Below, in pieces: positions 10,221 to 22,978 of a stretch of DNA of 64,000 nt (position 1 is its first letter; the number at the start of each line of letters is the position of its first letter). The notes beneath the pieces are model-generated. The model made no database searches. It saw nothing but the letters and a program-made list of their open reading frames with translations, and was not told the origin of the DNA. The DNA comes from Bdellovibrionales bacterium (GTDB taxonomy: Bacteria; Bdellovibrionota; Bdellovibrionia; Bdellovibrionales; UBA1609). Position numbers and translations under genes: made by a program. The stretch lies in the NCBI GenBank assembly GCA_965219095.1, contig CBDCMT010000001.1, forward strand, positions 1,600,001 through 1,664,000. Direction: 5' to 3'.

Positions 10221-11168
10221 CTAAATGTTATCTAGGCGAGACCATAAAAGATGATCAGCTAAAGTCAACCAAGCCATACATTCTAAAACAATAAGAGCAC
10301 GAGGAATGATACAAGGATCATGACGTCCTTTTTTTGCTACATCTAACACAGAAGACGTGGGTTTAAACACCACTTTTAAATGAATGTCTTTTCCTGTGCT
10401 TATACCACCTTGAATACCACCATAAGGATCTAAGTCTCTAGATGTGTGAAACTGTGTTCCTTTTTCAAAAACTCCCTTTAAACCAGAACCTACTTCAAAG
10501 CAAGAAACAGCCCCTACACTCATCATACTAGAGGCGAGATCTGATTTTAATTTTTTAAACACAGGCTGCCCTAAACAAGAAGGAGGTGAGTGAATGATCA
10601 CTTCACATACACCTCCATAACTTTCTCCTTTTTGCTTAGCCTGTTCTAAGAAACAAGTTAGATCATTTTGAGTAAAATTTTTTAAAGGGCCTATTTGTTT
10701 TATACGTGAGGTGATGTTTGTGCTTTTATGAACTTGATGAAAAAACATTTGTGCTACACTTCCTCCTATCACTCGACTAAGAGTTTCTCGACCAGAAGAT
10801 CTTCCTCCTCCCCTAGAATCAGTGTGAATAAATTTTTTTTTTAAAATCTCATCCGCATGACCTCGCCTATCTTTTAAATTTTTATACTCTTCAGCACGAG
10901 CGTCTTGATTGAAAACGATCATAGCAATAGGAGTTCCTAGTGTTTTATTTTGATAAACACCGCTTAAGACAAGGGGTCTGTCATCCTCTTTTCTTGCACT
11001 TAACCAGGGATGGGTTCCGGGCCTTCTCCTTTTGAGCTGAGATGTAAGTAAATCTTCTTTCCAAAAAACCCCTGAAGGACAGCCCTCAATAACAACACCT
11101 AAAGCTTTTCCATGGCTTTCTCCAAAGGATGTAATATGAAAAATCTCGCCTAAACCGTTAGCTGACAT
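10221..11168 (-). CDS. aroC: Chorismate synthase
   Basis: SFGESHG, GGGRSSGRET, GGIQGGIS, KGRHDPC motifs. Confidence 0.97.
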   Translation of the reverse strand: MSANGLGEIFHITSFGESHGKALGVVIEGCPSGVFWKEDLLTSQLKRRRPGTHPWLSARKEDDRPLVLSGVYQNKTLGTPIAMIVFNQDARAEEYKNLKDRRGHADEILKKKFIHTDSRGGGRSSGRETLSRVIGGSVAQMFFHQVHKSTNITSRIKQIGPLKNFTQNDLTCFLEQAKQKGESYGGVCEVIIHSPPSCLGQPVFKKLKSDLASSMMSVGAVSCFEVGSGLKGVFEKGTQFHTSRDLDPYGGIQGGISTGKDIHLKVVFKPTSSVLDVAKKGRHDPCIIPRALIVLECMAWLTLADHLLWSRLDNI

Positions 11169-11313
11169 AAATCAAGCCATACCACCTTTCTCTTTTTCTG
11201 ACAAACATAGACTTAGTGTGAGGTTTTTTGTTACCCCTTTAAGCACTTTTTAGTCTTTATCTTACATAACATGCTTGTCTAAAGGTTAAAAAAAGATTAA
11301 ATTATGTAAAATT

Positions 11314-12822
11314 ATGAAAAATCATAACTTGCGAGTTTTTTTATCTCAACAACCTTTAGACAAAGAAAAACAATTGGCCTACAAGTTAGCAGAGCTTAGT
11401 TGTGAGAAATCTCCCTTGGATAAGAAAGCTCAAGAAATGGTAATTAATAGAATCATTGATAACGCTTCCGTAGCTTTAGCTTCTTTGAATAGATCACCTG
11501 TACGAACAGCTCGTCTGCAAGCTCTTGCACATCCCCATCCTAATGGAGCTAGTCTTTTTGGCCTTCCTTCTTCTCAAAGGTTCTGTGCTGAGTGGGTCGC
11601 TTGGGCTAACGGTACAGCTGTAAGAGAACTTGACTATCATGATACTTTTTTAGCCGCCGATTACTCTCATCCTGGAGATAACATTCCTCCTCTTTTAGCT
11701 GCAGCTCAACAAAAGCATTGTAAAGGAAAGGATCTTCTACGTGCTATACTAACGGCTTATGAGATTCACATTAATTTGGTAAAGAGCATTTGTCTTCATA
11801 AACACAAGGTAGACCATATGGCCCATCTTTGTCCTTCCACAGTAGCAGGTCTTGGAACTTTATTGAATCTGTCTGTAGATGAAACTTACCAAGCAATACA
11901 ACAAGCCGTTCATACATCCATAACCAGCCGTCAATCGAGAAAAGGAGAAATATCTAGCTGGAAAGCTTTTGTTCCGGGTTATTCTGGGAAGTTAGCCATT
12001 GAGGCTGTTGATCGTGCTATGAGATCAGAAAAATCTCCTTCGCCTATTTACGAAGGAGAGGATAGTGTTGTAGCTTGGTTTTTGGATGGGAAAGAAGCTT
12101 CTTATGAAGTATCTCTTCCTGAAAGAGGGGAACCTTTCTGTGCTATCTTAGAATCTTATACAAAGGAACATTCTGCTGAATACCAATCACAAGCTCTAAT
12201 TGATTTGGCTTTTGAAGTAAGAGAAGACATTGAAGATTTTGAAAAAATTAAAAAGATTATAATCCACACAAGCCACCACACTCATTTTGTCATTGGCACA
12301 GGCTCTGGAGATCCTCAAAAATTTGACCCCTTTGCTACAAGAGAAACCCTAGACCACAGTATCATGTACATTTTTGCTGTAGCTTTACAAGACGGAGTTT
12401 GGGATCATGTAAAAAGTTATTTGCCTAAGAGGGCTCAAAGAGATGATACTATAAGGCTTTGGAAAAAAATCCAAACAGTTGAAGACCCTTATTGGACCCG
12501 ACGTTATCACTCCCTCAATCCTAAAGAAAAAGCTTTTGGAGCTAAAGTAGAAATTATCTTTAATAATGGGTCTTCTTATAAAAAAGAGCTGGCTTTAGCT
12601 CATGCTCACCCTTTCGGAAAAAAACCTTTTCAAAGACAGGATTATATAAGAAAATTTGATCAACTCACCTGCGATGTTATTGATAAAAAAGAAAGGGATA
12701 GATTTTTAAATTTAGTTCAAAACTTAGAAAATTTAACAGAAAAAGAAGTTCTGAACTTAAACATTTGTCTTCCTTTAGAAAAAATTCAAAGTAACAAAAG
12801 AGATGAGAGAGGAATTTTTTAA
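11314..12822 (+). CDS. prpD: 2-methylcitrate dehydratase (MmgE/PrpD)
   Basis: NGTAVRELDYHDTFLAADYSHPGDN and RETLDHS motifs; operon with prpB and prpC. Confidence 0.93.
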   Translation: MKNHNLRVFLSQQPLDKEKQLAYKLAELSCEKSPLDKKAQEMVINRIIDNASVALASLNRSPVRTARLQALAHPHPNGASLFGLPSSQRFCAEWVAWANGTAVRELDYHDTFLAADYSHPGDNIPPLLAAAQQKHCKGKDLLRAILTAYEIHINLVKSICLHKHKVDHMAHLCPSTVAGLGTLLNLSVDETYQAIQQAVHTSITSRQSRKGEISSWKAFVPGYSGKLAIEAVDRAMRSEKSPSPIYEGEDSVVAWFLDGKEASYEVSLPERGEPFCAILESYTKEHSAEYQSQALIDLAFEVREDIEDFEKIKKIIIHTSHHTHFVIGTGSGDPQKFDPFATRETLDHSIMYIFAVALQDGVWDHVKSYLPKRAQRDDTIRLWKKIQTVEDPYWTRRYHSLNPKEKAFGAKVEIIFNNGSSYKKELALAHAHPFGKKPFQRQDYIRKFDQLTCDVIDKKERDRFLNLVQNLENLTEKEVLNLNICLPLEKIQSNKRDERGIF

Positions 12823-12824
12823 AA

Positions 12825-13721
12825 ATGTTATTTTCATCTAAAAGTCCTTACGAAAAAAGAGCTCAGTTGAAAAAAAATCTCAGAAATAATAAGCTTTTAA
12901 GATTTCCAGGAGCTTTTTCCCCCCTTGTAGCTATGATGATTGAAAAGTTAGGTTTTGACGGTGTTTATGTTTCAGGAGCCGTTTTGTCAAATGATCTAGG
13001 TTATCCTGATATTGGCTTGACTACTTTATCGGAGGTAAGCTCCAGAGGTTCTCAAATGGCTCGAGTCACTTCACTTCCTACTCTTATAGATATTGACACA
13101 GGTTTTGGAGAAACTATTAACGTGGCTCGTACAGTACAAACTCTTATTGAACAGGGCCTTTGTGGGTGCCATCTAGAGGATCAAGTCAATCCCAAACGTT
13201 GTGGACATTTGGATCACAAAGTTTTAGTGGATACCTCTTGTATGGTACAAAAAATTAAATCCGCAAGGCAGGCTAAAACTGATCCTAATTTTCTTGTAAT
13301 AGCTCGTACAGATGCTCGTCAGATGGAAGGTTTTGAAAAGGCTGTTAAAAGAGCTAAAAGTTATAGAGATGCAGGAGCGGATATGATCTTTCCTGAGTCC
13401 CTAAAGTCAAAAGAAGAATTTGCAGCCTTTAAGAAAGCTCTAGGCGATACCCCACTTATGGCTAACATGACAGAATTCGGCCACTCTCCCCTTCTTTCAG
13501 CCAAAGAACTTGAAGATCTTGGTTATCATCTGGTAATTTATCCTGTGACAACTTTAAGACTTGCTATGAAATCTGTAAAAAATGGTCTTAAAGAGTTAAA
13601 AGAAAAGGGAACTCAGAAGAATATGTTAGACAAAATGCAGGAGAGAAAAGAACTTTATGAACTTTTGGAATATGAAATGTACAATACATTTGATAAAGAT
13701 ATTTATAACTTTAAGCTATAA
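12825..13721 (+). CDS. prpB: Methylisocitrate lyase
   Basis: DIDTGFG, EDQVNPKRCGH, IARTDAR, NMTEFG motifs. Confidence 0.95.
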   Translation: MLFSSKSPYEKRAQLKKNLRNNKLLRFPGAFSPLVAMMIEKLGFDGVYVSGAVLSNDLGYPDIGLTTLSEVSSRGSQMARVTSLPTLIDIDTGFGETINVARTVQTLIEQGLCGCHLEDQVNPKRCGHLDHKVLVDTSCMVQKIKSARQAKTDPNFLVIARTDARQMEGFEKAVKRAKSYRDAGADMIFPESLKSKEEFAAFKKALGDTPLMANMTEFGHSPLLSAKELEDLGYHLVIYPVTTLRLAMKSVKNGLKELKEKGTQKNMLDKMQERKELYELLEYEMYNTFDKDIYNFKL

Positions 13722-13735
13722 GAAAGGAGACAATA

Positions 13736-14869
13736 ATGGCTGAGCAAATGAATGTAAAAAAAGGTCTAGAGGGCATTGTTATAGATGAGACAAGAATTGC
13801 GAAAGTGATTCCAGAAAGCAATTCTTTAGTGTACCGTGGTTATACGGTACAGGATTTAGCTAAGACATGTCAGTTTGAAGAGGTAGCTTACTTACTTTGG
13901 TATGAAGAACTTCCCACAGAAAATCAACTAAATTCTTTCTGTAAAAAAGAAAGCTCTTTAAGATCTCTTACAAAAGAAGCTAAAGAAGTGATCATGTCTT
14001 TAAGTAAAAAATCTCATGCTATGGATGTGGTTCGTACAGGTATTAGTTTTATTGGAGCTAATGATGAAAGAACTTTGGAAACCTCAAGAACGATCAATTT
14101 AGAAAAAGCTATCAATTTATTAGCAAAAATTCCCACCATAATTGCTCTTGACTACAGAAGAAAAAAATCTTTACCTGTGCTGGAACCTAAAGAAGATTTA
14201 AATTTGTCAGAAAACTTTTTTCATATGTGTTTTGGAGAAGTTCCTGAAAAGGAAGTAGTCAAAGCTTTTGATGTGTCTTTGATATTATATGCAGAACACA
14301 GTTTCAATGCTTCTACATTTACAACAAGAGTGATTTCATCGACTCTTTCTGATCTTTACAGTGCTGTTTGTGGTGGCGTAGGAGCTTTGAAAGGGCCTCT
14401 TCATGGAGGAGCTAATGAACAAGTCATGTACATGTTAGAGAAGATTAAAGACCCTTCACAAGCTCGTGAATGGATGCTTCAAGCCCTTAGGGAAAAAAAG
14501 AAAGTCATGGGTTTTGGACATCGTGTTTATAAAAAGGGTGATTCACGAGTTCCTACTATGAAAAAATACTTAGAAAAACTAAGCGAGATCAGAGGAGAGA
14601 AAAAGTGGCTTGAGATCTCTAATGAATTAGAAAAGACTATGATTGAGCAGAAAAACATTTACCCTAATTTGGATTTTCCTGCAGGACCGGCTTATTATTT
14701 AATGGGTTTTGAGATTGAGATGTTCACTCCTGTTTTTGTTATGAGCCGTATTATAGGATGGTGTGCCCATATTATGGAGCAAATTGATAACAATCGTATT
14801 ATAAGGCCTTTAAGTTCTTACACAGGACCCTCAGAAAGAAAAATAATCCCTAGGGAAAAAAGATCTTAA
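13736..14869 (+). CDS. prpC: 2-methylcitrate/citrate synthase
   Basis: EHSFNAST, GPLHGGANE, MGFGHRVY, PNLDF motifs; prp operon context. Confidence 0.92.
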   Translation: MAEQMNVKKGLEGIVIDETRIAKVIPESNSLVYRGYTVQDLAKTCQFEEVAYLLWYEELPTENQLNSFCKKESSLRSLTKEAKEVIMSLSKKSHAMDVVRTGISFIGANDERTLETSRTINLEKAINLLAKIPTIIALDYRRKKSLPVLEPKEDLNLSENFFHMCFGEVPEKEVVKAFDVSLILYAEHSFNASTFTTRVISSTLSDLYSAVCGGVGALKGPLHGGANEQVMYMLEKIKDPSQAREWMLQALREKKKVMGFGHRVYKKGDSRVPTMKKYLEKLSEIRGEKKWLEISNELEKTMIEQKNIYPNLDFPAGPAYYLMGFEIEMFTPVFVMSRIIGWCAHIMEQIDNNRIIRPLSSYTGPSERKIIPREKRS

Positions 14870-15104
14870 TTTTTTATTGATCTTATATTAGGAAATTAAG
14901 AAGCAAGGGTTTTGTAAATTTTATAAATTGATTGTTTTTCTTGTAAGAACATTCTTTCCTATGTTATATTTATTTTGTTTTAAATAAGTCCTCCTATGAA
15001 GGAAGATATGAAAGTTTAACTCTTTCTTAAAAGTGAAGGTGTTTTAAGAAGTGCTGAAAAAATCATACGGAGATATAATAAGGTTAACTGAAGAAGGTGT
15101 AAAA

Positions 15105-15677
15105 ATGAAGAATCCTATAAAAAAAAATATTTCATTGGCTTTGATTTGTCTTTTATCTTTTATTTATTTTTTTGTTTCAAGAGCATCAGACTTTGAAGAT
15201 CAAAAAGATGAAAAGACACACAAACCTATGCTGTACTTTCATGAATCACTTCAAGTAAAGCATAAAAACAGTCAAACTTTTTATATATTTTATATGACAG
15301 AAGAAAGTAATTCTTCTCAAAAAAAGGACTTACAGTCCAGAGGTTTTCTTGTCAAATGTCATCCTTCCCCTCAACAAAATCTTCAAGGACAAAAGCACAA
15401 TTTATGCAAAACTTTATTGAGTTACACTGATATTAATCAGGAGGGATATAATTCTTTCAAAAAAGCTTTAAATTTACTTTCAGAGATCTTAGAGAACTCC
15501 TATCAAAGAGCTTCCAAAACAGATGATTTAACTTTTATGGATTATGTTTTAGATAGGCTTTCTTTAGTTGATACGCCATTTAAATCAGATCAATTAGAGA
15601 TTGTCATTGATCAAACATATGAAATCTATTTCACACAAAGTATAAAAATAAAAGAAGAATTTGAAACTCTCTTTTAG
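15105..15677 (+). CDS. Hypothetical secreted protein
   Basis: ORF with signal-peptide-like N-terminus from the ATG at 15105; no recognised family. Confidence 0.65.
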   Translation: MKNPIKKNISLALICLLSFIYFFVSRASDFEDQKDEKTHKPMLYFHESLQVKHKNSQTFYIFYMTEESNSSQKKDLQSRGFLVKCHPSPQQNLQGQKHNLCKTLLSYTDINQEGYNSFKKALNLLSEILENSYQRASKTDDLTFMDYVLDRLSLVDTPFKSDQLEIVIDQTYEIYFTQSIKIKEEFETLF

Positions 15678-15878
15678 AATTTTTAAAAGTTATATTAGGA
15701 ATCTAAATTCGAGATAAGTTTTACTCATTACACAGAAAACTGACATCACAATAGCTGAAAGGAATAGTTTTCTCGATATTTACTTGTAATAGTCAGTTTG
15801 TATTGTCTTCATTTATACAAATTTAGTTTGCAAGCTCCACAATTTAGCTTAACAACGTCTTTTCTATTTCTATAGAGT

Positions 15879-16559
15879 TTATTTGTTCTGACCTGTAAAA
15901 TGAAACCCCGGAGAACATGATAAGTCATCGATATGTTCATAAAGATCAGGATTAATATGATTCCCTAAATTATCTAAAATAAAAATAATTCCTTCCCTTC
16001 TAGCCAGCTTTGCAGCAGAAACAAAATCTGCATCTCCTGAGATTAGCACAATACGCTCGACTTGCTTTTTCAGGGCCAAAGAAGCAATATCTACACCAAT
16101 TTTAATATCTGCTCCTTTTTGAACTGAATCATAAGTCACATCTTTCTCCTCTAAATCATTCACTGTTATATGTTTTGAAAGAAGGGCCTTGTTTTTTTTT
16201 GATGAAATTTTCCAGTTCTTTCGGTTTTGAAGGTGTCCTATCCTTAAAGCTACTTTTTTTTTCTTCTTAAGTTCTTCAAAAAAAGACTTTCTAAATATAG
16301 CTTCTGGATGTTGTGTAAAATCAATCACTTTGTTGGTGATAGGATGTAAGACGTTGATACTTAAAGGTGCACAATCGTAATAGAAAACACGATAAAGATA
16401 GTCAATTTCTCCTCCTCTATTACTTTCATGTTCTAAATGGGACTCACAGATTTTATAAAGAAAATCAGCCACTATTTTAGGGCTGTTGGTTTTTTCGTTA
16501 TAACGAAAATACCTCTTAAGAAAAAATCCACCATCAACTAATACAGCTGTTCTAACCAT
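15879..16559 (-). CDS. NYN-domain (LabA/DUF88, PIN-fold) RNase
   Basis: AVLVDGGF, YRVFYYD, QKGADIKIGVD, LISGDADF..AAKLARREG. Start at MVRTAV (16559). Confidence 0.92.
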   Translation of the reverse strand: MVRTAVLVDGGFFLKRYFRYNEKTNSPKIVADFLYKICESHLEHESNRGGEIDYLYRVFYYDCAPLSINVLHPITNKVIDFTQHPEAIFRKSFFEELKKKKKVALRIGHLQNRKNWKISSKKNKALLSKHITVNDLEEKDVTYDSVQKGADIKIGVDIASLALKKQVERIVLISGDADFVSAAKLARREGIIFILDNLGNHINPDLYEHIDDLSCSPGFHFTGQNK

Positions 16560-16585
16560 ATCTTGATCATAACATAAAAAGAATA

Positions 16586-16650
16586 TAAAAAAACCCCTTG
16601 GGCTTGGAGGACACTGTATATAAATATGCCACCTGCCCAAGAGAACTATT
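16586..16650 (-). ncRNA. Putative structured leader/ncRNA ending in an intrinsic-terminator-like U tract upstream of the NYN gene
   Basis: On the minus strand: CUCUUGGGC...GCCCAAGGG(G) outer stem, AGG-U-GGCAU/GUGUC-CU inner stem, then a U run. Confidence 0.55.
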
Positions 16651-17379
16651 ACTTTACTTATGAATCAAAAAGAAGTAAAAGTCAACTCCAAGACTTTCAT
16701 CTGTACGAAAAACAAGGAAAAAAAGAACAATGAGTTCTATTCAATATGAAATTTTTATTCATTTCATATCGTGAAATAATTACAATTTTATCAGTTCCTA
16801 GAATCAATTTGCCAGTGCAAACGGAGAATGGCAAGCTTAGGAAAAAGAGTAGCCACCTAAGGAATTTATGACAATCTCAGTTTTGATAATAAAGGGGGCT
16901 CGCACAAATTATAGGGGGGAGGAAATCTATAAAGCTCATCTTATTATCAAGGAAGGCTTTGAAAAGCCTGGTCATCCATATGAGTATGTCAAGAAAAAAC
17001 ACTTCTCCATTTACAAAAAATATAAAAAATTTTTTTTGCATACGGTCACGATATTCTAATCACCTAAAAGAAAACTTCCTGCATTTCCTTTTTATTTTTA
17101 ATGACTCTTCCTTCACACATTTTAAAGAAAACATATTCCTATCATGCATCTATCTGAACCTTTTTTAGTTTTAAATCATGAATTTCTTCCAGGGATTTTA
17201 AACCTTAGGTTATAGTAAATTTCAGGAATAGAGGATGTGCTATTTGATAGAATGAATTTTTTATAAATATCGGTAAATAGAAAAACCAGTAACCTGCTTT
17301 TTCTATTTACCGATAGCAGCAAGAATTTTCAAATCATAGGAGCTTCAGGTGTGAAAGATTCCTTGTGAACCTTGTTCAA

Positions 17380-17580
17380 GTTATCTTAAAGATAAGTTAG
17401 TAAAAATCGTATTGATCTTTTAAAGAAACATCTTCCAAAGGTGTCCGACTTAAAGATGCTAACTAATAAAAGCTTAAAAAAAATTAAATTTGAAATTAAC
17501 AAAAAACCATGGAATGTCTTGACTGGAGAACACTCTATGAAGTTATGATAGAAAAAATTCTTACACTAGATGGTATGCAG
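17380..17580 (+). pseudogene. IS30-like transposase C-terminal remnant
   Basis: Broken frames give LL.K.LPK..DL and EINKKP..CLDWRT.YEV. Boundaries approximate. Confidence 0.5.
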
Positions 17581-17881
17581 TTGGGGTTCATTTCTTTAGA
17601 TCAATTAAAAAATATAAGCCAAAACAAAAATTAAATTGTAATAAAGATATAGAACTAAGGGAAAAAAAATTCTTGAAAAAGTCTTTGAGCTATCATAAAA
17701 GAAGTGTGGAATCTCTGATTAAGATGATGGCTCTTAACAAAAGACAGCTTGAGGTATACTGGAAATCCAAGCTATTGTGAGATGGAACCTCTTCTAAAGA
17801 AGAGGGGTTTTGTAAAATAATTTTAAATTTATGCAATAAGGCCTTTTTTTACTTTAATATCAATAAGTTTTTTGCTATATA

Positions 17882-17953
17882 TAGTGAATACGCTTAGATT
17901 TTCCTGTCGATTTCTCTAGAGAAAAAAACCTGAAAATCTAAATGAAAGCACTA
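17882..17953. mobile_element. Degenerate copy of the ~70-bp IS630-derived MITE
   Basis: Similar over its whole length to 19110-19179; TA flanks. Confidence 0.75.
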
Positions 17954-17969
17954 TAGATTAGAGGAAAGT

Positions 17970-18587
17970 ATGGGACGTGCAAGAATAGAGACGTTTTATG
18001 ATAAAATAGGACCCATTTATAAATGGCTTCATTATAACTTCTTTTTTAAAAAATGTTTTAAAACGGCTATTGATTTATGTCATCTTGATGAAAACACTCG
18101 TGTGTTAGAGGTAGGTGTTGGTACAGGTCATTCTTTCCAATATTACCCTAAAAACTGTTCTGTTACAGGAATTGATATCTCACAAGCTATGTTAAAACAA
18201 GCTCAAAGAAATATTCGCGAAAAAAAAATTAAGAATATAAATTTAAAAAAGATGAATGCCACACAAATAGATTTTCCTGATCACTCCTTTGATTATGTTA
18301 TGGCTTTTATGGTTTTGAGTGCCACAAAAAATCCAGTGAAAGTTTTAAAAGAAATGAAGAGAGTTTGTAAATTGGGAGGAAAAATTGTATTTGGAAACCA
18401 TTTTTTAAGCCATAATAAGTGGATCTCTTTTGGAGAAAAAACATTTCGATCCTTTTTTTATTGGTTTGGCTTTGATCTAGCTTTAGATCTTGAAATGTTA
18501 ATAAAAAAAGCTCATCTCCATACTTTAAAGAAAAAAACTGTTCATAAATTTTGGACTGTTATTTTAGTAGAAAACAAAAAGATATAA
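17970..18587 (+). CDS. Class I SAM-dependent methyltransferase (PmtA/phospholipid N-methyltransferase-like)
   Basis: VLEVGVGTG, GIDIS..ML, FDYV, EMKRVCK.GG.IV..NHF. Confidence 0.85.
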   Translation: MGRARIETFYDKIGPIYKWLHYNFFFKKCFKTAIDLCHLDENTRVLEVGVGTGHSFQYYPKNCSVTGIDISQAMLKQAQRNIREKKIKNINLKKMNATQIDFPDHSFDYVMAFMVLSATKNPVKVLKEMKRVCKLGGKIVFGNHFLSHNKWISFGEKTFRSFFYWFGFDLALDLEMLIKKAHLHTLKKKTVHKFWTVILVENKKI

Positions 18588-18611
18588 GAGTTTCTGTAAT
18601 ACAAACTGCTT

Positions 18612-18944
18612 ATGTATGATACAGAAAAATGGGTATCAAAAAAATACAGAAGCCATGACTTACAAAGACTTTGTAAACGTTTACTCAAATATCGAGATGA
18701 AATTTATACTTTCATTAAGTCTGGAGTAGACCCCACTAACAATTATGGAGAGAGGGAAATTAGGCCTGCTGTACTTATGAGAAAAATTTCTTATTGCAAT
18801 CGCTCAGAACAGGGAGCCCATAACCAAGAGGTTATGATGAGTGTCGCTCGAACGGCCAAAAAACAGAATCTATCCTTCGTTGACATGGCTCTACTGAATA
18901 CCTCTCTAAACATTAAAATCACTAGAATTTAAGTGAACAGTTAC
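18612..18944 (+). mobile_element. 3' fragment of a second IS66 type
   Basis: VDPTNNYGEREIRPAV..RKIS...RS..G motif; ends with GTGAACAGTTAC. Confidence 0.85.
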
Positions 18945-19107
18945 CTTAATTCTGGTCGCAAAAAAATGGCAGAACTTCTTTTGTCACACAAAGCTGATGC
19001 GAATAATGAACCAGCACAAAATGCACTTACGAAAGCAATAGAAAGTGGGGATTTAAGTTTTGCAAGAGTTCTTAATAAAAATGGTGCTAATTTAGGAAGT
19101 AGACTTA
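18945..19107 (+). pseudogene. Ankyrin-repeat gene remnant
   Basis: Translates as MAELLLSHKADAN...NALTKAIESGDLSFARVLNKNGANL; cut by IS elements on both sides. Confidence 0.6.
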
Positions 19108-19109
19108 TA

Positions 19110-19179
19110 TAGTGCTTCCGCTTAGGTTTTCCGGTCGATTCTTTAGAGAAAAAACATGAAAACCTAAACGGAAGCACTA
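19110..19179. mobile_element. 70-bp MITE of the second IS630 type
   Basis: Ends TAGTGCTTCCGCTTAGGTTTTC / GAAAACCTAAACGGAAGCACTA are identical to the ends of 55464-56601; TA flanks. Confidence 0.9.
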
Positions 19180-19181
19180 TA

Positions 19182-19500
19182 TTTCATCAGATCTTTTTAA
19201 ACTTCTTTTAAAGAAGGGAGTTAAGCTTATTACAAATGTCAAATTAAATATGGAGAACAAATTGATTCCCTTATTTGACAAGTTGATGTTGAAAAAACGT
19301 TCTGTTGTGGAGGTCAGTGATTGGAGTGTTAAAAGGAGAGTTTCATCTTGAGCATTCTCGCCATCGTAGCCCACAAAACTTTGTCATCAATCTTTTAGGT
19401 ACTCTCATCTCTTACTTGCTTAAAACCTAAAAAACCCTCCATTCAACTTAAAACTCAAAACAGGAGCTTCTGAACAATATATAAAAGTCGAAACTCGGGT
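19182..19500 (+). mobile_element. IS982-family 3' fragment with right end
   Basis: Encodes GVKLITNVK..DKLMLKKRSVVE..EHSRHRS..LKPKKP. Ends AAGTCGAAACTCGGGT, the inverted repeat of 24360. Confidence 0.85.
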
Positions 19501-19502
19501 TA

Positions 19503-19571
19503 ATAGAGTTTGATCAAAAAGCCAGGATGCCATGCGTTAAAAAAATGTCGAATTAATTTTTGGAAATGGTA
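19503..19571 (-). mobile_element. IS630 left-end fragment
   Basis: Reverse complement of TACCATTTCCAAAAATTAATTCGACA followed by the leader seen at 8163 and 52637. Confidence 0.85.
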
Positions 19572-19736
19572 TTAAAACAACTTACAGAATGGATCAATTA
19601 TGCAAGAAGGATAGAAGGACTTGTAATTTTCGATAAAGTATAAAGACTTATTGCATAAACTTTCAAAAAAAGATGACAAGCCTTTTTCTTTCATTTAATC
19701 TGGCTCAAGTATTTTTAAGTGGGAATTTTCCTGCTA

Positions 19737-19749
19737 TGTTCTTTGACAA
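19737..19749 (+). promoter_or_regulatory. rrn antitermination boxA
   Basis: TGTTCTTTGACAA versus the consensus TGCTCTTTAACAA, ~80 bp upstream of the 23S. Confidence 0.75.
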
Positions 19750-19829
19750 TTGAATAGAATAAAAAGGTATACAAGTTCAGTTCATTCTTAGTTGAATGAT
19801 CTTAAAGAATTAGAATATGAAAACATAAG

Positions 19830-22829
<3,000 letters not shown>

Positions 22830-22978
22830 ATTAAAGTTTTCATAAAAATCTTTTTCTTAATAAAAAGATCAGGAGACTAAGAATGAATTGAACTTGTTAA
22901 AAAAAGATATCTTAGAGCTAAGATATCTTTTTAAAAGAGTTTTTAAATTTTTTATTCTATTCGTAATAAAGTTAGTTT

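Noticed and set aside
16560..16640. N-terminal extension of the NYN ORF from the ORF track
   Set aside because: The family motif starts at MVRTAV (16559); the extension is read-through of the RNA hairpin.
16868..17168. Two short overlapping ORFs
   Set aside because: No recognisable motifs; located in a degraded AT-rich region.
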